Source: Antedon mediterranea
Taxonomy: Eukaryota > Animalia > Echinodermata
DNA length: 64,000 bases
NCBI RefSeq assembly: GCF_964355755.1
Contig: NC_092672.1
Location: 33,858,437-33,922,436, forward strand
Direction: 5' to 3'
The notes beneath the pieces were generated by a model. That model was given only the letters and a program-made list of their open reading frames with translations, ran no database searches and was not told the origin of the DNA. Positions 35,601 through 46,700 of the stretch are shown here, in pieces (positions within the stretch are counted from its first letter, which is position 1; each line of letters opens with the position of its first letter). Both the position numbers and the translations under genes were made by a program.

Positions 35601-38350
35601 TAGTGGTGGTTTGAATTTTATATTAGCGGAATAAACATACAACTACAGATCTGAGAAAAATATGTCAGTTTTTTTTTCTAAAGCGATATAGGCTACTGTA
35701 GGAACTGTAGTCGTAATCAAAAAACCATCTACCTATCATAAAGATCAGATTTCATATTAAAGTATCGTTGTGTGTTTGCTGCGGCAATTTTTTTTTTCAA
35801 TTTCCCTTTTTTATTTTTATGAACATTTTTCTTTTAGTTCAAACAGATTTCCAAACTGGTTTTGATGGTTGGACTCAAGGATATCATTGGACACGGAGAT
35901 ATGGTTCAACAAACACTGAACCCGCAAACGGTCATTCGGGGAATACAAGTAAGTGTATATAGGTACATGTAATAATGTTATTGATGCAGTTGAATATTAG
36001 ACTAAATTTCTGCAAGATCAGAAATGTATATGAAGTTATAATGTTTAATTTTTACATAGATGATTATTATGCTTACATTGAAACATCACCTGTAAGTGCT
36101 GAAAGGTCAGCTCGCCTAAGAAGTCCGGTTCTGCCAAAAAGTCAATATGTATATTTATCATTTTACTATCACATGTACGGCGGAGCTACTATTGGAACAC
36201 TTCAGGTTTACAGAAAAGCAAACGTTGGGAACAGACTGTTATGGACAAGAAGCGGTAACCAAGGGGATGCATGGTATTACGCTGCAGTACAATTTGAGCA
36301 AACTAGTGATGGAGACAACTACATTGTGTTTGAAGGCATTAGTGATATTGCAATTGATGACATTCAATATTGCTGCAGTAGTATGTATACTTTAAAATGT
36401 TGTTAGTAAGGATTAATTATACAGTACTGTGGGCCTAACTATCCTGCATACTATCGTACTTAGATTTCCTAAAACATTTGTATTTTTATTGTACAAAATT
36501 TTAATATTAATTATTTCTTTCTGTACAGATTATGTTGCCCGTTTATCTAAAAAAGTCGAATCTGAATAATTTTCAAAATTTCCAAATGTATTTACATAAT
36601 AAAATCTGGCCATAGATTGAGCGGTGTCACTCAATCAACCAACCGTGACGTCATGAAATACGCCATTTTGTGAATTCACCGTTTCAATTATATATCCATA
36701 ACCACTTGTCAGATTTATAAATAAAATTCACTACGAGTAAACTTCAGATTAATGTTCAACATATACCCACAACAAATGTACGTATACGCAAGATAATTGG
36801 TGAGCAATCGCAAATCAACATTTTGTTTAAATGCTCAAAATCAAATTTTAGCGTTTGAATTTTTTCGCGTCGCGCAAACATTTTCTTTGCGGACAACATA
36901 GATGTAAAGCAAAAATAATTATTATACATGCCCTTTTTTCTTCAGCCCTATAGTCATATATTCCTATATATAATTTTCATGAAGAGAAAATGTGAATGAA
37001 AGACACGTGTAAAAGCGTGCGCTCACCAATAGGCAATTGAATGCAAATTTATATAAAAACATACCTATTTTGAATAGCTCTTCAGAATGAATGGTGACCC
37101 ACAATAGTGTTTTAAACTTATTTAAAAATCCAGGTCATATGATGTCACATAGATTAATGTACGTGCAAGATCACTTATGGAATTAAATTCTAGTTATTAC
37201 TCTCATTTGTAAACTGTTTTAATTTTGTCACTCACTAGGCGCTTTCTGGGCAACTGGAATCGAGACATTCACAAATGATGGCGATACTTACTTAGTAGCT
37301 GTGAATCCATTGGAATGTGCACATACCATAATGGTGTATAGATGGGATAAGATGTCTGAAGAATTTAAAATTCATCAACATATTCCTGTGGAGCATTGTC
37401 CCACGAAATCTACGATTTTCAAAGTAAGTACCACCCCTGTGAATCAGTCTCCTCATTTTCACACTACTACAAAATTACATGGCAAAATAACATTGAAATA
37501 CACTACTTGTTTTCTGGAAATTGAAAAATTGACCGAATGAAATGGTTCAATATAATAATTATTCTAATGTTGAAATTTCTGATGTAAAAAAGTTTAAAAC
37601 GTGTTACTTTCTCTGATTGATGATCTTTGTGACTTTTTGCAGTTTTTTCTAGATCTGTATTAAGTATTATTATAACAACTAAATAAATTCCTGTCATTTG
37701 ATAGGACAATTGTGGGTCACATGGCGTGCAATAGTACGAACTATTAAACAATCGTTTAATAGTACTTTTTTTCGTGTACGAAAAAAAATCTAGGCCATTA
37801 GGTATTAGGCCTAGGCATTTTAGCCTTTTGCTATAATTCATTGACAAGAACCTATTTAGATGTTTTAGATTCACAACTAATGAATGTTTTATATTCGTGT
37901 AATAGTACAAATAATTGCATTTGGTAAATGATTATATATCAACTCGGCTTCGCCTCGTTGAAAAAATAACCTTTTCATCCTTCACCTCATGCCATTGTTT
38001 GTACCATTACGCTCAACAACATTCATTATTTGTATATTTTATATTGTGTTCTATGTCAATGAAGATGTTTTTTATATTTACAGGTTGGCGGAGAAGTATT
38101 TATGATAATAACCACAAGCAGAACGGAATCACGTGATTCTGATGACAATTTTGAACTCTATACTCCATCATCACCAATAATTAAATTAGAAGGGAGTATG
38201 TTCGTAAGTTACGGAGCCATACCATCACACGAATGTTATGATATAACATTTTTTGAGCGAGATGGGGAGTACTTTTTGGGTCAGTCGAATAAACGAAATG
38301 TTAGTGGTGGCATAACTAATCCAACCTTCAACATATACCAATGGGTGTAG
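24403..38350 (+). CDS. B2: secreted PAN/Apple-EGF-EAR propeller protein with three inserted MAM domains (~980 aa, apparently intact)
   Basis: Exons 24403-24756, 24889-25015, 25597-25702, 26135-26322, 26596-26892, 27126-27188 (mini), MAM1 30454-30579 + 30698-31033, MAM2 31298-31420 + 31529-31867, MAM3 35838-35948 + 36060-36380, 37239-37423, 38084-38350. All are GT-AG; the sum is 2943 nt with no internal stop seen. MAM motifs: FDWTR, YYVYIET, ARLRSP, FYYHMYG, GNQGDSW, GDIAIDDI. Confidence 0.85.
26350..26478. repeat. (GATT/GATATT)n simple repeat in B intron 4 (longer version at 52735-52958)
   Basis: Visible simple repeat at the same intron position in B2 and B3. Confidence 0.85.
27212..29620 (+). 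mobile_element. 5'-truncated CR1-group (Crack/Daphne-like) LINE in a B2 intron
   Basis: RT ORF 27193-28905 (NYRPIS, QFGFRK, DLSKAFDT, GVPQGS, YADDT) continues in frame past a single TAA (28903-28905) into 28906-29349. The 3'UTR has AATAAA and a (GATT)n tail ending ~29620. No endonuclease domain is present. Confidence 0.9.
30075..30197 (+). mobile_element. Short Helentron/DINE-like element (inverted relative at ~24090-24185)
   Basis: TTTTTAGTCGC..GCGACT palindrome, GTCG repeats and 3' GCACGCGACT...CTTGTT, as in the 48712-49493 element. Confidence 0.55.
32180..35565 (-). mobile_element. Near full-length single-ORF non-LTR retrotransposon (CR1/L2/Rex-Babar supergroup), antisense in a B2 intron
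   Basis: Intact 976-aa ORF. The minus-strand 3' end has AATAAA and a short TTTATCAG repeat near 32180-32210. The 5' boundary is approximate. Confidence 0.88.
32376..35306 (-). CDS. LINE polyprotein: APE endonuclease and reverse transcriptase
   Basis: N-terminal RGCRGG motif. APE motifs ITETHL, RGGGV, IYHPP, GDFN, ILDL and SDH. RT motifs APGPD, LRPIAL, QFG, DFKKAYD, GIPQGS and FMDDTT. Confidence 0.93.
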   Translation of the reverse strand: MILICITMCFSRERIAGYKHSDAKLSKDVFVSLKELGILATHHRGCRGGRFKQRVIPVRISSRHNHRQCGKGSSGCNPNNLVHLAQQYTGWNFPSFFSTNALSLPNKMDELVHRVKQSAYDIITITETHLKPFILNTIVEIEGYSLIRSDRPGDRRGGGVVVYVKDSIPYKVWSEIKDEAFESIWITIRPKRLPRKIANITIGLIYHPPNSNDLEMCNHIIHSLDYVCSKHPETGIVITGDFNRMKDYKLVKFPLKQLVKIPTRKEAILDLFYTSLGEFYLAPITEPPLGLSDHRVVICKPVANVKLDHYYTNKSLKRLFKLNNKLLFFEDICSIRWHDMYKLNDCYSQFKFFNDKLQSLYNHHFPLVPLTQYVMDKPWVTSEYKNLIRKRQIAFKEGNLIEFRSLRNKVNRMSKSLRKSFYKNNVAKLLNSDSRSWWKHTKRFLNLGCKENHALVGMSNLLCNGNNTLLSNKINQFFASLTTEFNPLPPLDPLLDIDEIPSHLIIELETVRIKLNQIKCNKAPGPDDLPPRVFKEGAEILSGPLCAIANSSVRNGWVPQEWKRANIVPIPKVFPPKLVESDLRPIALTPIMAKVIESLVGEMIWHQVKDKINLNQFGCCKGVSTVDALIEFLNVCFLATDAGEEVRVLLLDFKKAYDLIDHNILLNKLIALGVDSHLIRWVNAFLYNRQQRVKIGDSLSEWLSPNGGIPQGSWIGPIMFIIFINDLLNGKPCVKFMDDTTVFERVSKLSNSNLQNIANSALAWTRLNHMTLNAKKTCELIVSCKKNKSIFNPLIINKCSVNQVCRTKLLGIIICDNLSWQPHIESLIAKSNSRLYFLKQLRRSGLDAQALCYFYCCVIRPVLEYAVPVWGTCLTKLQSDQLESIQRRALRITFPELSYNKAMAQCNVPVLCERRTRLCKDYYQKLKNPSHRLHHLLPKAPKSRYNLRQVKEFCIPKIKTERSKNFIVNFGLFHKW

Positions 38351-38399
38351 TTGATGTAAAGTTTAAAACGTATGGCGCTCGTCGATTTTCAAAACTCGA

Positions 38400-38618
38400 T
38401 ATTGCATCATCGCCGCCAATATTTAAACTGGACGGAGGTTTGTTCGTAAATTAGGGAGCCATAACGTCATATAACTGTTCTTACAACATTCTTTAAGGAG
38501 ATAGAAAGGGAGTACTTTTTGAGGCAGTTCATGGCGAAGGAACTACATTTCTTTCTCAGTTGAATAAACAAAGTGTTTAGTGGCATAACTAATCCAAACT
38601 TCAACGTATACCAATGTG
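38400..38618 (+). pseudogene. Decayed tandem duplicate of the last coding exon downstream of B-gene stop codons
   Basis: CCAATATTTAAACTGGA...GGGAGTACTTTTTG...GGCATAACTAATCCAAACTTCAACGTATACCAATG parallels 38170-38345 but with frameshifts. Equivalents lie at ~4810-4935 and ~56455-56710. Confidence 0.75.
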
Positions 38619-39395
38619 AGTGTGTATTTGTAGGTCCCGTGTCTGTACCTTATTGAACTAAAACATATGAATAAACTAAAAACCGTAACTAATTAGAAAA
38701 ATTAAATTAAGTCTTTTGTTTTGGGTAAAACACTGTAGTATAAACTCCTGCGCCCTATTACTCTGATCTTACCTTTTGGGAAAGCGAGGGAGAGGGGAGA
38801 GAGGGAGTACCGTGTACGCGTCAACCAGAAGGAAATGAGCCTGTGCAGAAGGACCGTTAGACTCAATAGCTGCGTCGCATGGTTTAAAAAGTTAAACGCT
38901 ATACGTAGAATGCAAACATTGAGGAGGATTGTACGTGTTTCCCTGTAAATAAACATATCTCACAAAACCCCAAATAAATGCACACAATTGTGTTAGTTTG
39001 ATTATTGTTATAAGTAAAATCAGTGGTGGTTTAATTACAGGATTTTTAAAATAATTTTATTTTGAACGTAACATAATGTATCTTTTGCAGAATCCGCGTA
39101 TATTGATAGTGAATATTGTTTTAGACAAATGTGTCCTCCTCAATGTTTGCATTCTACGTATAGCGTTTAACTTTAGACAAATGTGTAATAAATATAAGGT
39201 TTGTTTTTGCCTTTAACCGATATTGTTCAATGTTTGTTTGACAAATGTTAATATTACTTGCTGTAGTATTCTTTTAATGTTTATATATGTATAAATCTAT
39301 AGAAGTCTTATAAAGTAAAAAGTGGTCAGAAAATAGATATAAAACTAGAATAGTATGACTATATCCCTGTCACTCTACATGTTGTCTACTACTTA

Positions 39396-39571
39396 AGCTT
39401 GGTTCCCACTAGAACGTAACGCAAGGACGTAAACGCAACGCAAGCGTTTTAACCAATGACAAGCGAAGTTACAGACAGTTAGCAATCACAAGCGAATAAG
39501 CTATCGCTTGTGATTGGTCTATTCACTTGCGTTGCGTTACGTCTTTACGTTGCGTCGCTAGTTGGAACCAA
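39396..39571. mobile_element. Palindromic Harbinger-like MITE family AGCTTGGTTCCCACT
   Basis: Long internal inverted repeat, absent from the paralogous site at ~5725. Related copies at ~760-905, 22710-22795, 25933-26075, 47730-47930, 48054-48193 and 52330-52475. Confidence 0.7.
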
Positions 39572-41361
39572 CGTAACGTGATTATACCATGGATGAAGTA
39601 CGTCCTCTATACCCAATACACGAGCGGTATCACGTCTAACGACGTTTTTTTTGTTTTGTTTTTTACATTGTTACATTATTGTATTGTTTATGTCGAACTT
39701 TGTCATGGTTACCGCATGTTTTAGTAGTTTTAATATGTATGGTCATGTTTATGAAGAAAATTTACTATTAATATTTGTAAAATGCATATATAACAATGTT
39801 TAGGCTTAATAATGTATTTAACTAAAGTATAAGCATAGGTGTTAGATAATTATTACCAAGCACGTTTGTTTTTAGTCATATAATAAAGTATATATTGAAA
39901 TAATGCTGTGACTGAGTTTAGTGATTATTTAATTGCTGTTGATGGCATGCTTACCTGGAATAATTTGCATAAAAATGTGGCCCATGCGCACGTTTGGAAT
40001 CTACTTACAAGCTGGTGTGATTAGTTGAGACGATGCCAGCGTATACACAATAGAATGGTGTGATTGCTACTAACAAAAATGCCATGTGGCGCATGCGCAC
40101 GTTTGGAATCTCCTTACTAGCTGGTGTGGTTAGTTGAGACGATGCCAGTGTATACACAAGAGAATGGTGTGATTGCTACATGATAATGTAATTTTGCTAC
40201 AGATTTAATACATCATCACTATGTTGTGGCATGAATACGGGCCTTCTGTGTTCTTTCACATGTCACGTAGTGATCACTAAAGCCTGTTTTCCTGTCGACG
40301 TTATTCGACGCTATCGTCGTTGATCAACGACGATCGTTTGGAAACGATCAACTTGAAATGATGACAATAGCGAATACCTTTTCCTGTAAATCGTTAACAT
40401 TTCAATGTTTACGTAGATTATCGCCGATTATTGTCTAACGTCGACAGGAAAACAGGCTTTAGGCCGCAATTATAAATGCATCACAATAACTTAGAAGTAC
40501 ACATTGCAAAAGACAGTCAACTACCAACGGTATTTTGTTGTTTATGTTGATTCCGTTGTCATGTTTACAGCATTTTTAAAAAAATATTTATGGTCATGAA
40601 GAATATTATTGAATATTAATGTTTTTAAAACGCATATTTAACAATGCTTAGGTTTAATTATTTATAAGTAAAGTATATAGGTGGTAGATAATGATATTAC
40701 CAAGCACGTTTGTAATGGTTTTTGTTCATAGAATAAAGTATACTGAAATATATTAAATAGTTTGGAAGCGCATTGTGAAAGACAGTGAACTACCAACGCT
40801 AGTGGGGGAACCATCGATGAGCTCTAAGTCACAAATTGTAGGAAACGTTATACACCATTTTTACACGAAACACACAAGAACTTTTAACGTTCCTTCTCAA
40901 CAGACATGATGCGCGCTGCCTCAAAAATTGTTAATATAATTACATTTATCGTTCTGTTAACTAGTTGCGATGCCAAAGTGGAATGCGATATTAAACCTCC
41001 ACAAACGTCACCTTCTCATTTCTACGGACACGCTAACACAGCAATGTCAAACGAACTGGGCAAATACAAGGCAACGCAATACGAGTGTATGCAGCTTTGT
41101 CGAAAAGACGCACGTTGCCTAGCGTTTACGTACGCTACTGATACGCAAGAGTGCGCGACGTTTGATCGGGATAGCGTCACTGGACCGGAACACAAGGAGA
41201 CGGTATCTGGTGTCTGGTTCTATGACATGCGACGAAAAAGAAAAGATTTTACTCGTGTAAGTTTAAAATGAAGTTTTTTTCTGCTTTTCAACCCCGGTTC
41301 CCAGTCCGAAAAAAATTCACTACAATTAATGGATTCCCAACCCCATGTTTTTAAAGTTTTT

Positions 41362-42086
41362 CAAGCCCGTAGCCAGTGGGGGTTTTTATTGTTCGGGCGA
41401 ACCCCCCTTAGCCGACTGCGAACCCCCATCCCCGACATGCCCAATACCTCACCCTCATCTCCGAAAATCCTCCAAATACGTGCCCCACAGTACAAAAAGT
41501 TGTTCGTAAATTGAAAAATGTGTAAACTCGTTCGGAATAACTCATACAGTACCTTCTTCCCTGTATGAGCGTACTTCGAGCGATACGTGTCTGTAAATTT
41601 CTAAGAGTTGCAAATGAATTGCCGATTTTAACCTGAAAAATAAATGTTTGGTCCCCGCATATAACATGATATTGACGCGTCTCACATGGAGCTGGGGCAC
41701 GAACGATTCGTACAAAGGACACCGCCAGACAACTGCGTACCAATTGTTTAGATCACTGGCAGTCAGGCAGCATGCATAAAGTATATAGCCTTTCGACATA
41801 CTTCAGTATTTATGTGTGGCTATGAAGTATAATGTATCATAGATGATAGAGCACGCGCATCTAACATACGGCAACAAATGTTGTCGTCCTTTAAATAGTC
41901 CACGAGTCCAAGTATGATCGTTTTGCTCATTGGTAGCATGCTGCATGAGAGTGTCTTTTCCGGCCATCTAGTGGTGTCATTTAACAAAATTCGCTTCGCC
42001 TCAGGCCCCACCCCAGGGGGGGGGGGCCCAAATACTTAGTGTCCGAACCCCTCTCTCCCCCTTGACAGATCCTGGCTACGGCCCTG
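41362..42086. mobile_element. Non-autonomous TIR DNA element in A2 intron 1
   Basis: TIRs CAAGCCCGTAGCCAG ... CTGGCTACGGCCCTG with TT on both flanks. Absent from A1 intron 1 (~14855). Confidence 0.75.
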
Positions 42087-42962
42087 TTGGTTGTGCGCTT
42101 TCTGATTTTGTAAATCTTACAAATACAATTTTATTTGGACACTGATAAAGCATGTGAATAGACAAATATGTGTATCCATGTATTCACTCGATTCACAGTT
42201 AAATCGTGTTTATTGTTTACAGAGTTATCTTGGAGCATGCCAAGCAAAGAACAAATGCGTTAACGGAGGCTCTTGTATCAATGATTGCTCAGAACTGGGA
42301 TACACCTGCGCATGCCCAGTACAATTTTATGGGAAATTTTGTCAAAATAGTAAGTATAGGTCTACGGAACTGTACTGTATTATGTATTACAGGTCTTTTC
42401 CAATTATATTGATCTAAAAAAACATTGCGAATGAATTAAATTAAACATTTCGTTAACAATATCATATTGTGCACGAGTCTGTAGTTCTAAAATGTGTACA
42501 GTAGGGTAATTGGTTAAAGTTCGCGTTCACACTGAGTTCAAATTGTATCCAGTGGCTTAAAACAAAAATCTTTTTCAATCACACGTCCGTTGTGTATGGA
42601 AACTTGAATGTTAGTTGGTTCTATTCTTAAACTTTGTCTACACTATTAAACTAGTTTGACAAAAAAAAGTATGATGTGCCAAAATAATATGTGATCTGCC
42701 CAATATGGTCGTGATATGACATCTTCCAGTCCATATATGAGCACAATACATTGTTGACACATAAAGTTTGATAGTGTAGACAAAGCTTTAAACACTTGCA
42801 CGTATCCATTCATTTTTATCCGGACTCAGTATGAGTATAATATAAGTTTACGTAAGAATATATAATGACAATAATAATAGTAGCCATACTAAGTCACGAT
42901 ACATTTTAATCTTTCAGAGTTTGTCCATGGTTATGTGTTTAAAACAAACATTGTTAAACCAT

Positions 42963-43725
42963 TCTGAGCCACTGTTTAAGCAATTAAATATACTTAACAT
43001 ACAAGATATCAACAGAGTTACCGTCCTAGGTTTCATGGCCCAGATTAAAAGCAATGTTTTACCCAGACGAATCCAAATGATATTCAAAAGAAACGAAAAT
43101 ACTACCCATAATCTTCGAAATATTTGTAGCGTAAAACAACCATACTCTAGGTTAACGTCTGGTCAACATTTTATCAGTATTCACGGACCGAAACTATAGA
43201 ACGAGCTCTGTAGAAATCACTTAGATATTGTTAACAAAAATTATAAAATACTAAAAAAATATGTAAAAAGATACATTTTATCGAATTACAGAACTTAAAA
43301 TGCTTCACTCATAAAATTTAGATGCATACATTATGCATTTGTGTTGGTGTGTGCGAGTATACACACATAGCCTGTTTTATATTATATGTATTCATACTTT
43401 TGCTATAATATATATAGAAAGAATCCACATGTACTGGAAGTAATAAACTGAATATCTTCTTTTTTAAGACAAAATGTATAAATAATCATGTTAGAAAAAC
43501 AGTATCGCTTTTTGATGATGAACAACTCTAAAATGTATATAGGAAATGTTTTTTTTTTTATTTTGTATCTATTATGTTGTGTTTATTGTTTTATGTTTTT
43601 TATGTAAAAGGGTCCTGCGAAAACAGAAGTGTAAACTTCTCTATCCAGGATCCTTGCCATCATTTATGCTATGAAACTGTATTTATAAACGATGAGTAAA
43701 TAAATGTGAATTGAATTGAATTGAA
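42963..43725 (+). mobile_element. Heavily 5'-truncated CR1-group LINE inserted in coding exon 3 of A2
   Basis: RT C-terminus HSEPLFKQLNILNIQDI...HNLRN...GPKL, then 3'UTR, AATAAA and a (GAATT)n tail. The flanks rejoin to the A1 exon-3 sequence. Confidence 0.88.
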
Positions 43726-46700
43726 TCCGAAAGCAATACGGCATTCATATACAAGAACAAGCATTAAATCGTAGTCGGCGGAGTGTAAGTATTTTGGACT
43801 TGTACAACAACGAAACAAACGTCGACAAAAATGATTGCAGTGATGTTGACAACGTTTGATAACATTTAATTATTTTGAGTATCCAATTAATAATATTATT
43901 TATTCATTCGGGCAAAATAAATAAAACAAATAAATGAAGAAAAAAAATTGTATTCTGCATATTAAAAGCATGATGTTTAATAAGCACGAAACAAAAAAAT
44001 GGCGACGGATGTAGAAAGAATTTTAGTAGAGCACAGTGGCCGTATTCACCAACCATACATGGAGAATACACGGCCACAGGTTCGTGAGAAGATCCAAGGA
44101 GAGAAAGAGTCTTAACATTTCGGTTGAGTTGATGCATAACGGGTATGCCGCTTCGCGCGAGTTTAGATTGTTCAGTGCGCGCCCGTAGTAAAGTATTCGT
44201 CGCGTACCGATTACGTTGTAATGGTGCCATGATGCGTACATCATCACGTGAAAAACTTAATTTGCTTGCAGGCCTAATTTTTTTTCTGAAGCAAATTTAG
44301 ATATTGTTTCTTTTTTTCAGTAACGGTTCACCAACAAATGCATACAGATACAACGATACTAATGAACGGTATGAATATTATCAACAATTAACGGGAAAAA
44401 GTGATGCAAAACAAATAGAACATTCTATCATTAATGGACAATTGTATGTGTTTGTCATCAACTACAAAATAGATGAAAAGAAAAACATAGACTCCTACAT
44501 CTACATATTTGATTCACGAACGGGTAAGTGTATAATCTGTTTTGATTTAAAGAAGACAGACCCTGCATCCCAATTGATAGTATCACTGTAATGGGGCGAA
44601 GGGGTATATTCCAGATAACTGTTTTTTTATCTTATTCTTTTTTTTTATGACAAGATCAATCTGTATGCTTCTTTGTCAAGGTCACCTCTGCAAGACTTTT
44701 ATTATTTTAGCTGGATGTGCGCACATTCAATAATGGTTTTGTTTTCACTTTTTCACTTTCACGCAATCTAACTTTCTGCTAGTATCCGTACGGCTCATAA
44801 TAGACGATCTACGACTCACATCTGTTGAGTCCGGCACAGTTTCGGTTCGGCGCCGTCAAATCAAATCGAACCTGAAGTTTCGTTTTCATGACGCTCCACG
44901 CGGCTATGCGCCAATAGATCGATCTGTACATAACGGCGTGGAGCGTCGTGAAAACAAAACCCTGACGTTCAATTTGATTTGCCGTCGCCTGACCGGAACC
45001 GTGCCGGAAAACTAGTTTTCTAAAGCTTTACGATGATGTCTTATCACTTACCATATTTGGGAACATCACTCCTTTTTGTCAAACTAGTTTGATAGTGTAC
45101 ACATATACTGTACAATGTTACTGTGTCCATATTGGGCATTTTTGTATGTGACAGAGAGACTGTGTAAACAGAGCTTTAGGTTGTGAACGAAATGCTTATA
45201 AGGAATATTCCCGCTGTGTAGTATAGTTAGATATTAATACCACCTCACATACGTTTGTATCTCTCTTATTGTCCTTTTTATGATGTTAAATATTATTTTT
45301 TACAAGCGTCACCACTTGGAATTTTTATTTTTACCAATAAGTCGAAACGCCGTCTAGAAGTTCCGAAATTACTATACATTTGTTGTGTTTTAGGTTTCTT
45401 CGATCAACATCAAACGATTGACACATGGGGTGGACATAACGCATCGTATTTAGAATTGAATTCAAACCATTATTTACTTGTGGTTGATTATCGTGAGCCA
45501 CAAAGTGTTGTCAACTCAACAGTGTATAAATGGAATTTTACCAATAACCAATTTGTAGAGTATGTTAAGATACCAGTTCATGGGGCAAAGAGTGGTAAAC
45601 TATTCTCAATGGATGGTGTGTTGTACGCGGCAATAGCAAACTATTTCACAACGACGAATGACTACACAATTAAATCTCACCTTTGGAAACTAAAACAAAG
45701 TAAGTGAAATACAATTTCATAAACGTATATTGTTCTTCACTGAACACAAAATGAACGAACAACATCCAAAGTGAGGAAAAGTAGAACGTTTTGACCCTAT
45801 TTTGGCAAACTAACATGAATCGAAGATGGCGTATAATGTTTAAAGTTTATATAAACATTTTTTCAGTCATTGTGATACCTCATGCAGTAGGAAAATGTGT
45901 ATATCGAACAACCGTACAAACTCTGAGTGAGTGTCGATGATGAGAATTGACCGAGCGTGTCGCAGTATATAATAGCTGTTTTTGTCTCTAGTGCAGGGAC
46001 TAGAGTCGTGCATGTTCCGCTTTGCGCATTAAACGTCTGACTAAAAAAGCCTGCTCTACTGTTGCTCCCCTTAGGTGGTGTTACTGAACTAGTACAATCA
46101 CTCGATGAATCGGATGTAGGATCATGTGGAATCGACACATTCACAAATGACGGAGATACTTACCTAGTAGTTGTCAATAGATTGGATTGTGCACAGAATA
46201 CAATTGTGTATTGGTGGGACAAGTCGTCTGAATTTAAAATTCGTCAACGTATTCCTGTGGACCACTGCCCATCAAGATCTACCATTTTCAAAGTATGTAT
46301 ATAATTATTTTGACTGTAAATCAGACAAATCGACAAAACACGGCTGCATTATTTTGTTTCCTATAAGGTTAAGGCAGAAACCATGCCGTGAATAATGAAT
46401 GAGAATAATTATTTTCCATGATAAAGGTGACCTATTTCCCAAATATAACTGAACCTACCCTCTAAATAATCTCTCTTAAACTATTAAATTGACATCTAAC
46501 CAAGGGCTCTTAGTTCCTTAGACTTTTTAAAGTCGATAACGTATAGAACATATTTTTCTGTTAGCTTGGTCGTAATGATAATATTAGGGACTTTAAACAC
46601 GATGGTTAAGAGAGAACGACGAATATCCTGTGTTCGCTAGAGAACGTAAAATCGTATACAGTCAACATAGCCGTTTTATTAGTTACGAACCCTTCGCGAA

